NCBI GenBank assembly: GCA_965223425.1
Contig: OZ245003.1
Span: 576,001 to 640,000 of the forward strand
Source of the DNA: Nitrosopumilus sp.
GTDB taxonomy: Archaea > Thermoproteota > Nitrososphaeria > Nitrososphaerales > Nitrosopumilaceae
Direction: 5' to 3'
DNA: 64,000 bases
This document shows, one piece after another, positions 52,282 through 61,497 of the stretch (positions are counted from its first letter, which is position 1; every line of letters starts with the position of its first letter). The notes under the pieces are model-generated. The model was not told the origin of the DNA. It made no database searches and was given only the letters and a program-made list of their open reading frames with translations. The position numbers and the translations under genes are program-made.

Positions 52282-53463
52282 TTGTACACACCAAAGATCC
52301 GTACCGTTCGTAAACAACAGAAACTACATTCCGTCCAACCATCAATAATATCCCTGTTTACTTGCGGAATGGGTTTGGATCTAGGATTCGAAAAGGCAGG
52401 ATTTTCTACAAAGTATGCCAATGATATTACAAAATCTGCCTGTGACACCATAAGGGAGAACAGACCCAACATATCGTGTGATGAGGGAGACATTACAGAG
52501 ATATCATCATCCGAGATACTCCGAAAATCATCTATAAAACAAGAAGTAGATGTGATCATAGGAGGCCCACCATGCCAGTCTTTCTCTACTGCAGGCAAAA
52601 GAAAAGGATTTAATGACAAGCGTGGCTTTGCTCTCTTACAGTATATACGAATAATAAACGACATAAAGCCCAAACTCTTTGTCTTTGAGAATGTTCCAGG
52701 TCTTGTATCTGCAGCCAAAAAACATGTCTCGTTTTATGATAGAATGTCTAGCTCCGGCAAAAAGATCACCAATGACCAAAAATACGGTTCACTTTTTGAA
52801 GAAATCATCAATGATTTTAGAAAAATAAATGGATACCAAATAAAATGGAAGATGTTAAACGCTGCAGATTATGGAGTACCACAAAAGCGCAAAAGACTCG
52901 TACTTATGGGATCCAGAGTATTGAACCCCAATGTGATTTTTGATGAGATTGAAAAAGCAGCAAAATTTGCCGACCCAAAAGAAGCCAAAACAATTGGCAA
53001 GAAACCGTGGAGAACCCTCCGAGATGCATTGGACGGATTAGAGGATCATGAAAAAGAGCACATCAATTTTCCAAAATGGGGTCAGTATCTCAAATATGTG
53101 CCAGCTGGAGGTTGCTGGATTGATCTACCTAAGCATCTTAAAGAGAAAGCGATGGGAGGAGCTGCTGACTCGTCTGACCCAAAGAAGAAGGGCAAACAAG
53201 GAGGACGTCGTGGATTTTATCGCAGACTGTCATGGGATGCACCAGCTCCTACACTCATTACATCTCCTGCACAGCTTGGAAGCTGTATCTGCCATCCAGA
53301 TGAACTGCGTCCGCTAACAGTCAAAGAATATGCCAGACTACAGGGATTTCCAGACACATGGAATTTTGTGGGATCAACTAATCAGAAATACAGGATGATA
53401 GGAGAGGCAGTACCAGTAGAGCTTGCAAGGATCATAGCTTCTGCGATAAAGAAATTCCTCTAG
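52282..53463 (+). CDS. dcm: DNA (cytosine-5) methyltransferase
   Basis: Motifs I (LFTCGMG), IV (GGPPCQSFS), VI (FENV), VIII (QKRKR), IX-X (RLQGFP, IGEAVP). Confidence 0.93.
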   Translation: MYTPKIRTVRKQQKLHSVQPSIISLFTCGMGLDLGFEKAGFSTKYANDITKSACDTIRENRPNISCDEGDITEISSSEILRKSSIKQEVDVIIGGPPCQSFSTAGKRKGFNDKRGFALLQYIRIINDIKPKLFVFENVPGLVSAAKKHVSFYDRMSSSGKKITNDQKYGSLFEEIINDFRKINGYQIKWKMLNAADYGVPQKRKRLVLMGSRVLNPNVIFDEIEKAAKFADPKEAKTIGKKPWRTLRDALDGLEDHEKEHINFPKWGQYLKYVPAGGCWIDLPKHLKEKAMGGAADSSDPKKKGKQGGRRGFYRRLSWDAPAPTLITSPAQLGSCICHPDELRPLTVKEYARLQGFPDTWNFVGSTNQKYRMIGEAVPVELARIIASAIKKFL

Positions 53464-53487
53464 TCTGTTAAAATATTTTGTATATGG

Positions 53488-54141
53488 TCACAGTACAGAG
53501 TCTAGATATTTTTGCACGCCCTGTTCTCCTTTACCGTACAGTTCCTCAAACTGATCGGTAAGATCTGTTATGACCTTTTGTATCTCTTTTTCTATGGAGC
53601 TTTGATGTAAAATATCAGTTGCTGTGATGTCTATCCAGTTTAGAACCTGCAGGTGATAGTCCTTCTCATCACTTACAAAATCCCACAATTCGCGTCCTAC
53701 AAGCAGTCTCTTTTCCCAATCTTTCATGTATTTTCTGACCAGTCCCAAAGAGACGGTGTTCAGATCACGCTTGCCATATGTAATTCCAAGTCTGGCAAAG
53801 TTGCCTTTCTTTGATTCTGTGTCATCGAACTTTGTGTTGAATCTCTCTATCTGATCTCGATTGACATTGTTAGGGCCGCTTTTTACCTGTATCCAGTATG
53901 TAAGATCACCTGCCTCCTTGACAACATCATACCATTCCCCTCTTTCTCCCATGCGGGCTGTTCCACTGCTTCCGATCATATATTCAAGGGACATGCCCAT
54001 GCTAGTTACTATGGATCTGGTAACTGCTTGATACACGTTGAACCTGATCACCTCATCAGGTGTTTTGAGGTTGAGAACTCGGATTAGAAAGGGATTCATG
54101 TTTATCCTTTCCAACTTTGTGTTCTTCACATTGTGCATCAT
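53488..54141 (-). CDS. Type II restriction endonuclease (PmeII-like), 5' end probably interrupted by a MITE
   Basis: NPFL, RSIVTSMG, D...IQVKSGPN PD-(D/E)xK-type motif; convergent with the MTase. Confidence 0.75.
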   Translation of the reverse strand: MMHNVKNTKLERINMNPFLIRVLNLKTPDEVIRFNVYQAVTRSIVTSMGMSLEYMIGSSGTARMGERGEWYDVVKEAGDLTYWIQVKSGPNNVNRDQIERFNTKFDDTESKKGNFARLGITYGKRDLNTVSLGLVRKYMKDWEKRLLVGRELWDFVSDEKDYHLQVLNWIDITATDILHQSSIEKEIQKVITDLTDQFEELYGKGEQGVQKYLDSVL

Positions 54142-54151
54142 TTTATGGATT

Positions 54152-54250
54152 AGACCTTATGCGTAATCGACTAAGAATTCAAAATCAAATTGGTTTACTA
54201 AGGCAAAAATCATCTCGCAATATTAGTTTGATCGATTATGCATAAGGTCT
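54152..54250. mobile_element. 99-bp MITE, copy B (inverted relative to copy A)
   Basis: Three mismatches to the reverse complement of 20049-20147. Confidence 0.9.
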
Positions 54251-54469
54251 AATACTTCTTTAAAAAGACGCTGGCACAAAAAAATTGAAAATACTGCATC
54301 CTCTTGTCCAATTTGAAAATGCCTAAATATGGAAGAATCAGGTTGGAATTGTAGAAAAATTGCTCAATCTTTTAGTGTTTCCATTCAACAAGTATACGAA
54401 AACTTCCAACCTATACATGCAGGTAAGCAAGAAAAAATGAGGAAAGAATAACTTACCAAGTGAATAATT

Positions 54470-54700
54470 ATGGCTTATGAAATTTCAACTTTAATGACTA
54501 ATAGTAAAGAAAAAACTGTTTTACTTAGAATGAGAAACAGCAAAACTATTCAGGGAACTCTCAAAGACTTTGACATTCATATGAATCTGACTTTGGAAGA
54601 TACTGAAGACACAACTGATGAAACACCCGTAAAACTTGGAACTGTTTTGATACGTGGTGATAATATTTTAGCAGTTTCCATTCCTGTGGAAGAATCTTAA
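54470..54700 (+). CDS. Sm/Lsm-like RNA-binding protein
   Basis: GTLKDFDIHMNLTL and LIRGDNI Sm1/Sm2 motifs. Confidence 0.93.
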   Translation: MAYEISTLMTNSKEKTVLLRMRNSKTIQGTLKDFDIHMNLTLEDTEDTTDETPVKLGTVLIRGDNILAVSIPVEES

Positions 54701-54749
54701 CAAAAAATTATTCCTTAAACATTAAATTCAATCTTTGGTAAGTTTTATC

Positions 54750-55931
54750 ATGCAACTATTTCTAGTGTTTTTTTCATTGATTCTTTTTCCAGCATTTGGA
54801 GAGCCAATCCCTGATTATGATAATCCCTATTCTCCAATTTTCACAGATAATCCAAAATATTCTTGGACTGACAAAATAAAAATGACTATTATATCTCCAA
54901 GTTGGAACAGTGACAGACATCTAATTGATTCAATCGGAGATACTGAAGACCATCCAATAAAAATTTCAACAAGGGATCATTCTCTAGAACCCTACCGGTT
55001 TACTGAAACAGACGTTAATTCAGGAATTTTTACTGCTGAGATTATTCTTACAGGTTTTTCACATGATGCTAATGGTGATGGCAATATTGATACCACTCCT
55101 AGAACAACTGGTAGTGGTCCGACAAGTGGATTTTTAGAAGTTGATAGAGATTCAGCTGTTACCATCTCTTTTGAATTTGCAGATGGGGTAGTATTGATTG
55201 AATCCGTTCCTGTAAGTTGGAATCTTGGTACGATCCAATTTTTAAATGAGATTTTTTTTACAGACGAGTCTGCAATGATTCGTGTAGTTGATTTTGATAT
55301 GAATCTAAATCCTGAGGCATTAGATACAGTCCAAATCAAACTTGTTTCAGATTCTGATGTTGCAGGAATTAAAGTTGATGCTATAGAAACATCTGAAAGC
55401 TCTGGATCATTTATTGCCACAATTTCTTTCTCCCAAACTTTGCCTTCTAGTGGAAATAGACTTTATGCTCTGCTTGGGGATGAAATAACTGCACAATATG
55501 ATGACCACACATTACCGAAACCATATTCTACATCAGATAATTTGACAATTAAAAATTTTGCAAAAGTTGATTCATCTATTCGTCCAATTGACAGATTAGA
55601 AAATCTTCCTGTTGTTTTCTCTGATGGTCTTGGTAACGAACTACAATCTTTTTCCACAAATAATCAAATGCAAATAGTTGGAACTATAGTAAATGAACAT
55701 GATTTTAAACAGAAATTTGTTTACCTCTTCCAAGTAAAAAATTCTACAAACTCTGTTGAATCAATTTCATGGGTTCAAGGCGAACTATCCCCAGACCAAA
55801 GTCTAGACATTTCGCAATCTTGGCTTCCTGAAAACTCTGGAACATATACAGTTGAAACTTTTGTTTGGAGTTCTTTTACTGATCCAACAGCATTGGCACG
55901 TTTAACATCTACTTCAATTACTGTTGATTAA
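54750..55931 (+). CDS. Secreted S-layer-like hypothetical protein
   Basis: Signal peptide; ETxxxSGxF motifs; C-terminal GTYTVETFVW. Confidence 0.75.
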   Translation: MQLFLVFFSLILFPAFGEPIPDYDNPYSPIFTDNPKYSWTDKIKMTIISPSWNSDRHLIDSIGDTEDHPIKISTRDHSLEPYRFTETDVNSGIFTAEIILTGFSHDANGDGNIDTTPRTTGSGPTSGFLEVDRDSAVTISFEFADGVVLIESVPVSWNLGTIQFLNEIFFTDESAMIRVVDFDMNLNPEALDTVQIKLVSDSDVAGIKVDAIETSESSGSFIATISFSQTLPSSGNRLYALLGDEITAQYDDHTLPKPYSTSDNLTIKNFAKVDSSIRPIDRLENLPVVFSDGLGNELQSFSTNNQMQIVGTIVNEHDFKQKFVYLFQVKNSTNSVESISWVQGELSPDQSLDISQSWLPENSGTYTVETFVWSSFTDPTALARLTSTSITVD

Positions 55932-56105
55932 AAAAGTATGATCTCTATGTGATTATTAAATAGAAAATTACGTTTTTACTCGTGTGTTAGGATGCCTGTT
56001 AGGAATAGATTAATGCTAACCGCTACCTCCTTTAATTTTTACAGAAGTTTTTGCCACCACGAAGACTGATATACAGCACATACGTACAATGTACGTGTGT
56101 TGATA

Positions 56106-56248
56106 TGGTGTTAAGGGACGTAAAACCGTTAGATAAAAAGCAGTGGGACAGACTACAAGAACTCATGAAGAGGGGTTCTTCTAAAAAACAATTACAGACC
56201 ATTAAAGAATCCAATCAAAGCCTAAAAGACGTTAATGTGGAATTCTAA
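56106..56248 (+). CDS. Small protein, putative antitoxin of a GNAT TA pair
   Basis: MVLRDVKPLDKKQWDRLQELM...; immediately upstream of a GNAT gene. Confidence 0.45.
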
Positions 56249-56304
56249 TCTTTCTAGAAAAACTGTCTGAGCAGTTTCCAAGAATTGACTTTAACGATAA
56301 CGCC

Positions 56305-56826
56305 TTGGTTAGGTTCCAAAGAGTCAAAGATCCTAAAGACCTTGATGGATTTACTTCGGAGGTCGCAGAGTTCAATGATTACATTGGGCCAGAAATGATG
56401 TTCGATTTGGAACAACATCTTACAAAAATTTACAGCGTAAAGATTGCAGGACAGGTTGCAGGTTATTTTGATTTGGCCATGGCTTACCTTAAAAGTAATG
56501 CAACCCCTCAAATTGCAGAAAAGGCAATTACAAGTAACGTTCCGGCGCTGCTGATTAGCCGTCTTGCAGTCGACGTGGTGTTTCAGGGATATGGTGTCGG
56601 GAGGGCAATGATACATGTGGTTTTAAAAGAACTATAGTCCCAAAATTAAAAAAAATCTCAGGATGCAGATATCTGATGTTAAATCCCCGTGATGATGAAG
56701 GTGTGCGGGTTTTTTACACAAAGCTTGGATTTGAATATATTGAAAAACTCAAAGACGGTGGAGAGCCTGACAACGAATCTGATGCCTTTCTGTTTGATTT
56801 GATTGATGTCTCTGAAGAACCCTGAT
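56305..56826 (+). pseudogene. GNAT acetyltransferase (AtaT/TacT-like), broken by a stop/frameshift near 56637
   Basis: PALLISRLAVDVVFQGYGVG, continuing in another frame as GCRYLMLNP...FYTKLGF. Confidence 0.7.
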
Positions 56827-56854
56827 ATCAGGATAGTTTTTAGAATTTGTTTGG

Positions 56855-57205
56855 GTGTATGTCGATAACCTGGCAGTACTAGCCACCACAATCGCAATAG
56901 CTGTAACGGCAGCTCTCTTTCTTTTTGTAACTCCTACCATGTTTTGTTGCCCAAGACAAATTAATAAAAATTATGCTTTTTGGATAAAACTCTTGGGTGA
57001 ACTATCTGATGTTGTTTTCCAATGTGATCACGACTGTGTGGGTTTTGCAAAGGACAACGGTTTGCGTTACAGCAAAAAAGGAGACATGCACACGCTGTCT
57101 GATATTGTAGCGTGGGCCAACAACAAGAACAGGGAGCCAAAGGGAGTAATTTCGATGGATCTAACAACCCTGCTTGAAGTGGAGCTGAAAAAGGTTTTGA
57201 TATGA
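56855..57205 (+). CDS. Hypothetical protein
   Basis: 116-aa ORF with an N-terminal hydrophobic stretch. Confidence 0.4.
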   Translation: MYVDNLAVLATTIAIAVTAALFLFVTPTMFCCPRQINKNYAFWIKLLGELSDVVFQCDHDCVGFAKDNGLRYSKKGDMHTLSDIVAWANNKNREPKGVISMDLTTLLEVELKKVLI

Positions 57206-57323
57206 ATAGAGCCGTACTCACATGAGCCCTTGGTTCGCCAACTGGACTAACCCCGTTGACCCAAGGGATTCGAGTACGGATATTACATATTGGTAGTTGA
57301 TGCTATAAACTTTTTTGTTGTTT

Positions 57324-57422
57324 CAGCTAAGCGAAATGTACCTCAAATCTGACACTAGATCAGCGGTTTGAACCTGCACATGAGAAGCGATTTCCTTAAT
57401 CATAGTACATTTCGCTTAGCTG
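57324..57422. mobile_element. 99-bp MITE with ISH3-type ends
   Basis: Perfect 18-bp TIR CAGCTAAGCGAAATGTAC and 5-bp TSD TGTTT. Confidence 0.9.
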
Positions 57423-58001
57423 TGTTTTAGGGTACATTCCTCAGATCCCCTGGCATGAGTCATGGATTCACACGTATGACTTCACGTTCCCCTGAAATCA
57501 GGCGTAAATTTCATACGATAGATGTTTTTTACACAGGGTAGGTGAAGTCATACATTCACACCTACATTTTGTTCAAATAGGTTCATTTGATCGTCAGTAT
57601 AAATAGGATCTGAGGATGTACGTTTTGAATCACTACCTTGGGAAATCTCTGAATTACTGGCCCATATTAAAAATACAAAAATAGCTCCGCGTACACCATA
57701 CCGTGTGACAGGATGGATAGGGAAATATCCAATACCCTCTGGCAGAAAATGTCTAGCCATGATTAGTCTAAACAAACAGACGGACGGGGGAATAACCAAT
57801 ATCCCGTAGGGCCAAGTGCTCTCATCATGGATGTCCTGTCACGCAAAATCTGTAAGCATTGATTTGGACTTGTCTTTCTTGAATTTGAAACACGGGTTCC
57901 CAAAGGTGGTAATGGTTACCGTTATTGGAGATGATATCATGATATACAACCACAAATATGGTGTGTGTAGATTCTCACTGTCCATACTACAGGACTACAG
58001 T

Positions 58002-59046
58002 TGTAATATATGGAAAGTAGGTCCGCTAGTCATCTGCATCTCTCTTCATCCATTTTGGGTCACTTTTTCTGATCGCTTCTGGTACTTTTTTGTTACTAAA
58101 TGCCTGCAATGGAACCTCAGTTCTCAATGTCCAGTGAAAAGTGCAGCCTTTTCTCGTTGTAATGGCCGACATACTTTCTCAGGCTCTCATAGTGCCATAT
58201 CTCATCTTCGATACTGCGGTGAAGGCGCTCCAGCTTCCGTTGGTCTGCAGTGGTACGGCCTGGAGTTATCAGTATGATGTCCTTTTGCAGAAGCTCCTCC
58301 TCAAAGGGGGTTGGTCTCCACGTTCTGCCTTCTTTTGATTTCTTCTTCTTCTTCCTGCCGTTCTGTCCTACAAAGCACGAGCCGTTATCAGACAGTATGG
58401 ATGCAGGCGCACCAAACCTCTTGATTGCAAGCCTGAGTGTCATTACCGCATTCTCTGAGGTGGCATGCTCAAACAATGCAGCACCAGTAATGCATCTTGA
58501 GGCATCATCAAGATACGTGACTAGCTGCAGTCCCTTAAAGCGCGGATCCTTCATGGCATGCCAGTCCACATGCCACATGGCATTGGAGTATTTTCGCTCA
58601 AAGCGGACGTACTTGCGCTTCTTTGACTTTGCAGCAGATGGTGCCACCATGCCGTTCTTTTTCATTATGCGGTATACTGCGCAGTAGCTTATGTCGTATT
58701 GTCCCTCAGTCTTTTTGCAGTGCGCAGAACCCCCACAGGGTCGTCCCGGTGCGCCCCAGTTACAAGGCGCATCTGGGCAGATGTGGCTGGGACATGCGGC
58801 CTGCCCATCTTCATGCGCGTTGTTCTGATTGTCGGAACCTGGCCCAGCCTTCGCACATGCCTTGCAGTGATGCCAAGATCTCGGGCTATCTGGGAGGGAA
58901 CGACTCCTTTTTTGCGCTGCCTGATTATGTGTTGCCGTGATTTTTCTGTCAGTCTTTTTGTCATGGATTTTTGTGATCGATACAGCCTGAAATAGTCAGC
59001 TGTTGTCCTTCTGATTTTAGGCGGACTGACTTTTCGTACAATTGAT
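58002..59046 (-). mobile_element. IS481-like insertion sequence with frameshifted transposase
   Basis: WHVDWH, YLDDASR, ILSDNGSCF and KLERLHR integrase core plus HTH fragment; imperfect IR TGTAATATATGGAAAGTAGGTCCGC / GCGGACTGACTTTTCGTACAATTGA. Confidence 0.8.
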
Positions 59047-59108
59047 TGTACATCATTTTTCAATAAACCTATAAAGCCCCGTTAAGACGATCGTCATTAA
59101 GGTAAAAC

Positions 59109-59432
59109 ATGAGTAAGATACTTGAAAAATCATTGAAAGACTCCCTCAAAGAAGACAAATTGACAATGGGTGCTAAACAAGTTTTGAACTCTGTAAAAAA
59201 TTCCAAGCTAGTTGTATTGTCTCAATCAGTTGAAAAAGAAATGTTTGAGAAAATTGAATCAGATGCAAAAAAAGAAAAAATACCATTAGTGAACTTTCAA
59301 GGGACATCAGTCGCATTAGGCAGACTATGCGGCTTGCAATTTAGAATTTCAACAATTTCATTTACATCAATAACTGATGCAAACATCAAGTCCATTCTAA
59401 AAGATACAGAAGCTGAGGAAAAAAATGAGTAG
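59109..59432 (+). CDS. rpl30e: 50S ribosomal protein L30e
   Basis: KLTMGAKQVL...GTSVALGRLCG; canonical position upstream of nusA. Confidence 0.88.
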   Translation: MSKILEKSLKDSLKEDKLTMGAKQVLNSVKNSKLVVLSQSVEKEMFEKIESDAKKEKIPLVNFQGTSVALGRLCGLQFRISTISFTSITDANIKSILKDTEAEEKNE

Positions 59433-59496
59433 TTGCATTTTATTTTATGAAAGTTTAAATGAGACATTTTTTGTTCGGAGATAAAAAGGAATTCTA

Positions 59497-59961
59497 ATGA
59501 CACAATCAATTAAACTAACAACTGATCAAATGCGTATGATGTCTCTTTTCCAAAATGTTACCGGCGCAACTGCACGAGACTGTATAGAAGATGAAAAACA
59601 AGACAGGGTAATTTTTGTAGTTAACTCAGGTAAAATGGGTCTGGCAATTGGCAAGGGCGGAACTCACATCAAATCATTACAAAACATTGTAAAGAGAAAT
59701 GTCGAATTGGTGGAATTTGATGACGATCCAGCAAAATTTTTGTCCGGTTTGCTTAATTCAAAACTAGTTTCTGAAGTAAAAATAAACACACGACCAGATG
59801 GGTCACAACAAGCAATTGTTACAGTGGATCCAAGAAAGAAAGGAATTGTCGTTGGAAGAGAGGGCAGAAATGCCGAAAAGGCAAGACTACTTGCAAAACG
59901 ATATTTCAACATTACACACGTATTGATTAACAGTCCCGAAAAAGCAACCTTGGAGATGTAA
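59497..59961 (+). CDS. nusA: Archaeal NusA-like transcription factor
   Basis: Two KH GxxG motifs (AIGKGG, VVGREG). Confidence 0.95.
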   Translation: MTQSIKLTTDQMRMMSLFQNVTGATARDCIEDEKQDRVIFVVNSGKMGLAIGKGGTHIKSLQNIVKRNVELVEFDDDPAKFLSGLLNSKLVSEVKINTRPDGSQQAIVTVDPRKKGIVVGREGRNAEKARLLAKRYFNITHVLINSPEKATLEM

Positions 59962-59964
59962 GAT

Positions 59965-60402
59965 ATGAGAAAATCACCACTTGGGTTATTTGCAGGACGG
60001 GTTTTGACCGCTAAAAAAAAGAGACAGAGATGGGCAATTTCTACTTACAAAAGAAGAGAGCTTGGTATTGATAAGAAAGCTGATCCTCTTGGCGGTGCAC
60101 CGCAAGCCCGAGGTATTGTTTTAGAAAAAGTTGGCATTGCAGCAAAACAACCAAACTCTGCTGTAAGGAAATGTGTTAGAGTTCAATTGATTAAAAATGG
60201 CAAGACAGTTACGGCATTTTTGCCTCGAGATGGTGCAATGAACTTTATTGACGAACATGATGAAGTTCACATTCAGGGTATGGGTGCAACACAAGGTGGT
60301 GCAATGGGAGATATTCCTGGAGTCAGATTCAAAGTTTTCAAAGTTAATGGCACATCACTTCATGAACTAGTAATTGGTAAAAAGGAGAAACCAAGGAGAT
60401 AG
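59965..60402 (+). CDS. rps12: 30S ribosomal protein S12
   Basis: [26 protein letters not shown]. Confidence 0.98.
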   Translation: MRKSPLGLFAGRVLTAKKKRQRWAISTYKRRELGIDKKADPLGGAPQARGIVLEKVGIAAKQPNSAVRKCVRVQLIKNGKTVTAFLPRDGAMNFIDEHDEVHIQGMGATQGGAMGDIPGVRFKVFKVNGTSLHELVIGKKEKPRR

Positions 60403-60404
60403 AA

Positions 60405-61004
60405 ATGGCACAAACAAAGAATTTGCTATTATTTAGAAAGTGGGACTTGTCTGATATTGAGATTAAGGATCCGGGATTAAAAACTGCAATCTCGCTAAGA
60501 AAACAAATTTTACCTTATACGTACGGCCGTTCTGCACTCAAGCGATTCAATAAAGCTGATGTTAACATTGTTGAGCGATTGATTAACAAAACTATGCACT
60601 TTGGAAAAAAATATGCAAAAAACACCGGAAGGATGACTGGTAAAAAAACCAAAGTTCTTAACACCGTAAAAACAGCATTTGATATTATTGCACTTAAAAC
60701 TGGTCAAAACCCAGTTGAAGTTTTAGTTAGAGCAGTGGAATTCTCTGCTCCTAACGAAGATACTACTAGAATTGTTTATGGCGGAACAGTTTACCATGTT
60801 TCAGTTGATGTTGCCCCAATCCGACGAGTCGATTTGGCTCTGAAATTCATTTCAGATGCAATTAAAGAATCAACATTTTCCAATCCCAAGCCAATCGAAG
60901 AACATATGGCCGAACAACTTATCCTTTCGGCATCAAATGATCCTAATGCTCCTTCTGTAAAGAAGAAAAATGAGCTAGAACGCATAGCACAAGCATCCAG
61001 ATAG
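60405..61004 (+). CDS. rps7: 30S ribosomal protein S7
   Basis: IVERLIN, VDVAPIRRVDLAL, KKKNELERIA. Confidence 0.98.
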   Translation: MAQTKNLLLFRKWDLSDIEIKDPGLKTAISLRKQILPYTYGRSALKRFNKADVNIVERLINKTMHFGKKYAKNTGRMTGKKTKVLNTVKTAFDIIALKTGQNPVEVLVRAVEFSAPNEDTTRIVYGGTVYHVSVDVAPIRRVDLALKFISDAIKESTFSNPKPIEEHMAEQLILSASNDPNAPSVKKKNELERIAQASR

Positions 61005-61011
61005 GAATCAG

Positions 61012-61099
61012 TAGCCCGAGGCAGATTCGAACTGCCGTCTCTGCCTATCCACTCTTGAGATCCAGAGGGCAGAATCCTTGACCACTAGACTATCGGGCT
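61012..61099 (-). tRNA. tRNA-Gln(CTG) with a 15-nt intron at 37/38 (about 61047-61061)
   Basis: AGCCCGA/TCGGGCT-A acceptor stem; anticodon arm CTGCC-CTCTGG[intron]A-GGCAG; GTTCGAATC T-loop. Confidence 0.9.
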
Positions 61100-61144
61100 A
61101 CCAAAATAAATTCTGATGTTTTAGAATATATTCATTTATCGCAA

Positions 61145-61480
61145 TCATTTTTGTCTGACCTCGTGAATTACAGTTGCATAGTCACATTTAGCTTTTAGTC
61201 TCATGTATGGAATTAGCCTATAGTGAATCGAGTAGCCGTTATTTTCTTTTCGCAAAATCCCTTTCTGCATTAAAGATACTAATCCCCGTGATGGAATTGT
61301 AATTGAAATGTTCTTTTGTTTACAGATTTCATCACGCTTGTTTTGAAATTGTTTTAGTGAAAATTCAACATCATTAATTTCTAAAATTAAGGGCCAAACA
61401 ATTTCAGCCCATACAAACCTTCTATTCTCTGTGGCCGAAGCATATTTTCCTTTTTCACTCAACATTAATAACATCTGCAA
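61145..61480 (-). CDS. Conserved hypothetical protein (wHTH-like)
   Basis: SRGLVSLMQKGILRK...YSIH; start uncertain. Confidence 0.65.
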   Translation of the reverse strand: MQMLLMLSEKGKYASATENRRFVWAEIVWPLILEINDVEFSLKQFQNKRDEICKQKNISITIPSRGLVSLMQKGILRKENNGYSIHYRLIPYMRLKAKCDYATVIHEVRQK

Positions 61481-61497
61481 AAGATGTTATAACTTGA

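Noticed and set aside
57548-58001. Short ORFs left of the IS481-like element
   Set aside because: No motif recognised in any frame; possibly decayed sequence.
61047-61061. tRNA intron
   Set aside because: Canonical 37/38 archaeal tRNA intron.
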